From the NCBI GenBank assembly GCA_964622585.1, contig CAZUQT010000004.1, positions 1 through 49,284 of the forward strand: a DNA stretch of 49,284 nucleotides, written 5' to 3'. The DNA is from an uncultured Elusimicrobiaceae bacterium (GTDB lineage Bacteria > Elusimicrobiota > Elusimicrobia > Elusimicrobiales > UBA9959). Position numbers and translations under genes: made by a program. The notes under the pieces are model-generated. The model was not told where the DNA came from and made no database searches. It saw nothing but the letters and a program-made list of their open reading frames with translations. This document shows, piece after piece, positions 44,756-49,284 of the stretch (the stretch's first letter is position 1; each line of letters starts with the position of its first letter).

Positions 44756-47212
44756 TCACTCCGGGCAAACTTTAAGCTCGGCCGGGGTGCGCTTCCTCAT
44801 CTTGAGCGCCCCGGAGAAGCATTTCTTAACGCAGAGAGAGCAGCCTATGCACTTCGAAGCGTCGAACTTGGGAATCTTTTTTTCGTCCAGCTTCACGGCC
44901 AGGTAGCCGCAGCGCTCGCAGTTCCCGCAGTGCCGGCAGAGGTCAGCGTCGACGCCGGGAATATTTTTCACCGGGGTAAGGTCGGGGAAGTTGGTTATCG
45001 GGCCCGGCAGCGCGCAGCCTATGAACTCTCCCACCGATTTGAAACCTTTTTCCTCCAGCATGTGGCTGAGGCCCCAGTTTAGCTCGTCTATCACGCCGAA
45101 GCCGTACTTCATGACCACGGTGCAGAACTGCACCGACTTCGCGCCAAGGGCCAGGAAATTGGCCGCGGCTTTATAATCCATCGGCCCGCCATTGCCAGAG
45201 ATCGGCACGCCCAGGTTAACGGCTTTGGCGATGGTGAGATTGCTTATAGGCGCCACGCCTTCGCCGCTCATGCCGACCACCATGCCCTCGTCCCAGCGCC
45301 CTTTCCCTGACAGGCGCTTGCGGAAAGAGAGCGCCGGGAAGGAGTTTGCCAGCGTGATGCCGGCTTTTTTGTGCGGGTACTTCGCGTAAACCTGTTTTAT
45401 CGCGTTGACCACCTGCCAGATGGCCGTTACGGCCCCGGTAAGTTTGAACAGTTTCGGAACCTCGGGGTTTGAAACTTCCATCACCCAATCTATGATCTTC
45501 GCGGCAAGTTCCGGGTCCTGGGAGACTATATCGCCCTTGGTCCCGTCTCCGCCCTGCGGGCAGGAGAGGGAGTATTCTACGGCCATCGCGCCGGCTTTTT
45601 CCAGCTTAAGAGTATTGGCCTGCCAGACCTTTTTGTCCGCTTCGTCGTCGCCGGTCACCGGCCCGCCGGTGGAGGCGGCGGTAAGGCGGTCAGGGTATTC
45701 CTTCACCAGCCGCGCGACTTCGGCGCAGACGCGGTCGAGAGGGTGGCCGGATACATTGTCGGAGTTGCCGTAAGTGTTCTCGGTGAAAGTTACCATGTAC
45801 TCCGAAGGGATATGGATATGAAGCCCGTCGAATGCGGTCTTCATCACTACGCCGGGCCAGCCCGCCTCGTAAGCGCGCTTCACCTGGTCGTAGCCGTCGG
45901 AGTGGGGGGAGGCGGAGATGATGAAAGGGGAGATCAGCTTGCGCCCGAAGAAGTCCGTCTCAAGGGAAACAGGGAGCATATCGCGCCCGGCCAGCATCAC
46001 GGTGCTCTTAAGATTATTAGGGATGACCGGGGCCTTTTTACCCTGGATGAAAGCGTGGACTTCCATAGCGGCGTTCTTGCCGGAGGCCGCGCCTTCCACT
46101 ACGGTGGCCGCGCCGTTCCGGCAGTCGCCGGCCAGGAAAACGCCTTTCTGCTTTTTATCCTCGAAAACCGGCAGGTTCTTGATCGCCAGCACTACAAAAG
46201 CCAGGTCGGTGCGGACCTGCTCCGTCCCGGTTATATCTTTCGCTTTGTCGTCGAGGCGTACTATCTTTATTCCTTTCCCGCCTTTAAGTATGGCGGTGAT
46301 GCGGCTCTTCGCGTTGATATTGATGCCGGCCTTCAGGATGTCGCGCAGTTCGTGCTCGGGCAGCTGTATGTCGCCTATATTCTTCCTGGTGAAGATCTCG
46401 GCTTTGGCCGCGCCGAGCTCCAGCGCTTTCATCGCGCAGTCGGCCGCGACCGCGCCGCCGCCTATCACGGCCACGTTCTTCCCTTTCACTTTATACTTTT
46501 TGAAATTGCGCAAATATTCCAGGCCTTCCACGCCCAGGGCCTCGTTCTCTATGCCGAGCTTGAGCTGCTTTTCCACTCCGGCCGTGACGATGACCGCGTC
46601 GTACTTTTTCAGCAGCGAAGCGGGGTCTTTTATTGCCGAGCCGGTTTTTATGGAGATGTTCCCAAGGGTTTTTACGAATTCTATCTCCGTGCGCAGAACT
46701 TCCTTCGGAAAGCGCTTCTCGGGGATCAAATTGCAGGCGCCGCCGGCCTTTTTATCTTTTTCAAAAATATCGATCTTGTAGCCGAGCTGGGCGAGCGTTC
46801 CCGCCGCGGCGAAGCCCGCCGGGCCTGCTCCGACCACGGCGACTTTCTTCCCGTTGAGCTTTGCTTTTTTGAACAGCGGCATCACGCCCAGTTCTTTCGC
46901 CTTCTGCACCACGGCGGCCTGCACGGCGGGTATTTCTATCGGTTTATCGAAGAGCTTGCGGGAGCAGGCCTTCACGCAGAACCAGTCGGGGCAGACCGCG
47001 CCGCAGACGCCGCCGAAAGTGTTGTGCCCCATGATAAGGGCCGCGGACCTCTTGAAATCGGAATTTTCCATCTGCCTCACGGCCATGATGAAGTCGGCCG
47101 GGGAGCAGTCTGCCGGGCAGGCCGTCTTGCAGGGTTTCTCTTCGCAGTAAAGGCAGCGCTCCGCCTCTGTCTTAAGCTGCGCGTCGGTGAGGAAGTTTAT
47201 TTTATTTTTCAT
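44756..47212 (-). CDS. Fused dihydropyrimidine dehydrogenase-like flavo-Fe-S protein (PreT/GltD-like, PreA/DHODH-like, 2x[4Fe-4S])
   Basis: EAERCLYCEEKPCKTACP, GAGPAG, GGGAVA, SCPQG, FKLT, and C-terminal CxxCxxC ferredoxin motifs. Confidence 0.85.
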   Translation of the reverse strand: MKNKINFLTDAQLKTEAERCLYCEEKPCKTACPADCSPADFIMAVRQMENSDFKRSAALIMGHNTFGGVCGAVCPDWFCVKACSRKLFDKPIEIPAVQAAVVQKAKELGVMPLFKKAKLNGKKVAVVGAGPAGFAAAGTLAQLGYKIDIFEKDKKAGGACNLIPEKRFPKEVLRTEIEFVKTLGNISIKTGSAIKDPASLLKKYDAVIVTAGVEKQLKLGIENEALGVEGLEYLRNFKKYKVKGKNVAVIGGGAVAADCAMKALELGAAKAEIFTRKNIGDIQLPEHELRDILKAGININAKSRITAILKGGKGIKIVRLDDKAKDITGTEQVRTDLAFVVLAIKNLPVFEDKKQKGVFLAGDCRNGAATVVEGAASGKNAAMEVHAFIQGKKAPVIPNNLKSTVMLAGRDMLPVSLETDFFGRKLISPFIISASPHSDGYDQVKRAYEAGWPGVVMKTAFDGLHIHIPSEYMVTFTENTYGNSDNVSGHPLDRVCAEVARLVKEYPDRLTAASTGGPVTGDDEADKKVWQANTLKLEKAGAMAVEYSLSCPQGGDGTKGDIVSQDPELAAKIIDWVMEVSNPEVPKLFKLTGAVTAIWQVVNAIKQVYAKYPHKKAGITLANSFPALSFRKRLSGKGRWDEGMVVGMSGEGVAPISNLTIAKAVNLGVPISGNGGPMDYKAAANFLALGAKSVQFCTVVMKYGFGVIDELNWGLSHMLEEKGFKSVGEFIGCALPGPITNFPDLTPVKNIPGVDADLCRHCGNCERCGYLAVKLDEKKIPKFDASKCIGCSLCVKKCFSGALKMRKRTPAELKVCPE

Positions 47213-47247
47213 GGTGCACCTTTCCGAAGATAATAGATTTTATAAAT

Positions 47248-49284
47248 TTAACGGCTCTTGTGGCGGAATTTAGCGTTGAGGCGGAAATGCTCGCTGTCGT
47301 AGAGGAAGCGCGAATAGATCAGGAACCTGAAGCGGCCGCGGAGCAGCTCTTTGTCCGGCTTCGGCGACAGCTCCTTGATCTCCGAATCGGCCGGCAGCGC
47401 GAGTATGTGGCAGCGGTGCCCGGGCAGGTTGCAGGGTTCGTCCAGGCGGAAGTCCAGGAGTTCTCCCTGTCTTTCCTTCCAGAGCCCCTCCATGTTCAGC
47501 TGCACTTCGACGGGGCCAAGCGCCAGGTGCTTCAGCGGCGCGGCGTAATTTACCGCGGCCAGGTATCTCCCGTACTCGGACTGTGTCCTTGTGAATTCGC
47601 ATTTCAGGATGTTCCCGTTCGCGTCGGTGAAGGTGGACAGGGGCAGCGACGGGAGGAAAATATTGGTTTTCCTGGCGGCCCGCAGATTGTGTCCGTTGAA
47701 GAACATCCAGGTCCTGACCGCTTTGGGCTCGGAATCTTTTTCAAAGATATAGACGGTGGAAGAGGCGGCGCCGCAGTTATTGCACGCGGAGAAAAGGTTT
47801 TCAAGCAGGGCCTGTTTCCCCCTGGAGAAATTCAGCTCCAGGCACTCCACCGGCAGGTCCTCGAAGGAGGAGCGGAATTCCACGCTCCCTTCCACCAGCG
47901 CCGCCAGTTCCTCGTTGCTCTTGAAATGCAGCTCCGGGGCCAGGTTGCGCGCTATTTCAAGGTGCCTGAGCGCCTCTTTCCTGTCACCCCGCAGGGAGTA
48001 AAGCGTGTTAAGGCGGTAATAAGTATTCGCCATCGCGTCATGCTTTCCGGCGCCTATAAATTTCCTGAGCTCCACGCAGGCGGTCTTGTAGTCCTTCCTC
48101 AGGATAGCCAGCTCGGCCAGGAGGAAGATGAAAAAATCGTTCTGCTCGGGAAGGCCGGCCGCTTCTTTCATGGCTTCCTCGGCTTTGTCCAGTTTCCCCA
48201 GCTCGAGCAGGCCCTGCGCAAGCGCGAACCTGAGCATGACGTTCTCCGGGTGGCGCTTTATCGCGGCGCGGGTGATCTCCATTGATTTTTCATGCTTTCC
48301 CAGCCAGGCGTGCGAGAAGGCGTCCACGAACCAGCCGAAAAGCCCGGCGCCCGGAACGGCCCTGGCGATACGGTCGGCGTATTCCCTGGCTTTGGCGTAG
48401 TCGTTCGTGGTCATCCTGGCGCGGGCGCAGATGGCGAGGGCGCAGGGGTCTTCGCGGCCGTCCCGCAGGTAGGTCTCCATCGTCTTGAGCCAGTTCCTGG
48501 AACCGTCGAGGTATTCGGCAAGCAGCCCGGCCCGCAGGCGTGTGTCCTGGTCCGGCGCCGTCTTCGCCAGCTGGGCCATCCTCGGCGCGGCTTTGTTCAC
48601 GGCCGACTGCATTCCCATATGGTAGGAGAGCACGATCAACAGATAGTTCGCGTCGACCGACCAGGGGTCCAGTTTCAGGGCCTTGAGCAAATGCCCGTAG
48701 GCCTTGGGGACGGAGAAATCCGAAAAATAGACGCGCCTGGCTTCTTCCAGGAGCTGCGCGGCTTCCTTCCTGTCGGCCGCTGAGACCTGCGGCCGCTTTT
48801 CCGCGGCCGAGGCCGGAGCCGTCACCCGCTCATCCGGGTTCAGCAGGCCCTTTATCCCGTCGAGTATCTGGGTTTTCAGCCCTTTCGGCCTGGCGGCCAG
48901 GCGTATCGCGTCGGCCAGCTCGCGCGCGTCCCCGTAGCGGCGCGCGGGGTCCTTTTCCAGGCATTTCATCGTGACGACGCTCAGCGCGGCGGAGAGCTCT
49001 TTGTTGCGTTTTGACGGCGGCGGGCATTTCCCCTGCGTCACCGCCTTTATGAAAGCGGCGGTATTGTCCGTTTCGAAAGGGTGGGTCAGCGTCAGGAGCT
49101 CGTACAAGACCGTGCCGAGCGCGTAGATGTCGGCGGCGGGGCCGCCTTCCGCGCTGGCGAACATCTCCGGAGCCATATATCTCAAGGTTCCAAGCCTGGG
49201 CTGCCCCGTGGTTATGTCTCCCGAGTCGGTCATCTTGGCCAGGCCGAAGTCCGCCAGTTTGGGCGGGCCTACCCTGGAGAGCAG
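47248..49284 (-). CDS. Hanks-type Ser/Thr protein kinase with TPR repeats, 5' truncated by the window edge
   Basis: Frame open to the edge: KLADFGLAK, GTLRYMAPE, DIYALG and CLEKDPARR, followed by TPR-like helices. Confidence 0.92.
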   Translation of the reverse strand: MLSRVGPPKLADFGLAKMTDSGDITTGQPRLGTLRYMAPEMFASAEGGPAADIYALGTVLYELLTLTHPFETDNTAAFIKAVTQGKCPPPSKRNKELSAALSVVTMKCLEKDPARRYGDARELADAIRLAARPKGLKTQILDGIKGLLNPDERVTAPASAAEKRPQVSAADRKEAAQLLEEARRVYFSDFSVPKAYGHLLKALKLDPWSVDANYLLIVLSYHMGMQSAVNKAAPRMAQLAKTAPDQDTRLRAGLLAEYLDGSRNWLKTMETYLRDGREDPCALAICARARMTTNDYAKAREYADRIARAVPGAGLFGWFVDAFSHAWLGKHEKSMEITRAAIKRHPENVMLRFALAQGLLELGKLDKAEEAMKEAAGLPEQNDFFIFLLAELAILRKDYKTACVELRKFIGAGKHDAMANTYYRLNTLYSLRGDRKEALRHLEIARNLAPELHFKSNEELAALVEGSVEFRSSFEDLPVECLELNFSRGKQALLENLFSACNNCGAASSTVYIFEKDSEPKAVRTWMFFNGHNLRAARKTNIFLPSLPLSTFTDANGNILKCEFTRTQSEYGRYLAAVNYAAPLKHLALGPVEVQLNMEGLWKERQGELLDFRLDEPCNLPGHRCHILALPADSEIKELSPKPDKELLRGRFRFLIYSRFLYDSEHFRLNAKFRHKSR

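Noticed and set aside
43580-48285. Long plus-strand ORFs (500, 496, 341 aa)
   Set aside because: They are antisense shadows of ssnA, the DPD-like gene and the kinase, caused by high GC3; no motifs recognised.

Overview
49-kb bacterial window, probably Elusimicrobiota (inferred from the PorV/PorQ-family barrel, the many response regulators and the frequent ATA codons). It has six parts. (1) 1-5260: lipid-biosynthesis-like cluster with two PaaK-like CoA ligases, a YqaA/DedA protein, a CDP-alcohol phosphotransferase, PlsC and CdsA. (2) 5.7-13 kb: plastic region of secreted-protein genes, regulator remnants and reused promoter cassettes. Several proteins share an N-terminal 'DLRDAVAD' leader, and one FGE-sulfatase/CLec gene has a 3' end that looks like a diversity-generating-retroelement (DGR) variable region. 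(3) 13-23.8 kb: two-component genes followed by the best candidate for an undescribed system, a non-flagellar rotary-motor-like operon. It encodes a PorV/PorQ barrel-TPR protein, MotA, a natural FliF(ring)-FliG fusion, two coiled-coil proteins and MotB. (4) 24-40 kb: signalling island, including an Xis-HTH response regulator / ThDP enzyme / orphan solute-binding protein / cupin / hybrid kinase operon. (5) 40.2-43.7 kb: a 2-kb regulator-plus-cargo insert flanked by a diverged ~430-bp direct duplication of the L,D-transpeptidase/ssnA junction. (6) 43.4-49.3 kb: ssnA, a fused dihydropyrimidine-dehydrogenase-like gene and a partial Ser/Thr kinase. No rRNA, tRNA, CRISPR array, transposase, integrase or reverse transcriptase was recognised. 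All alignments and counts were done by eye.
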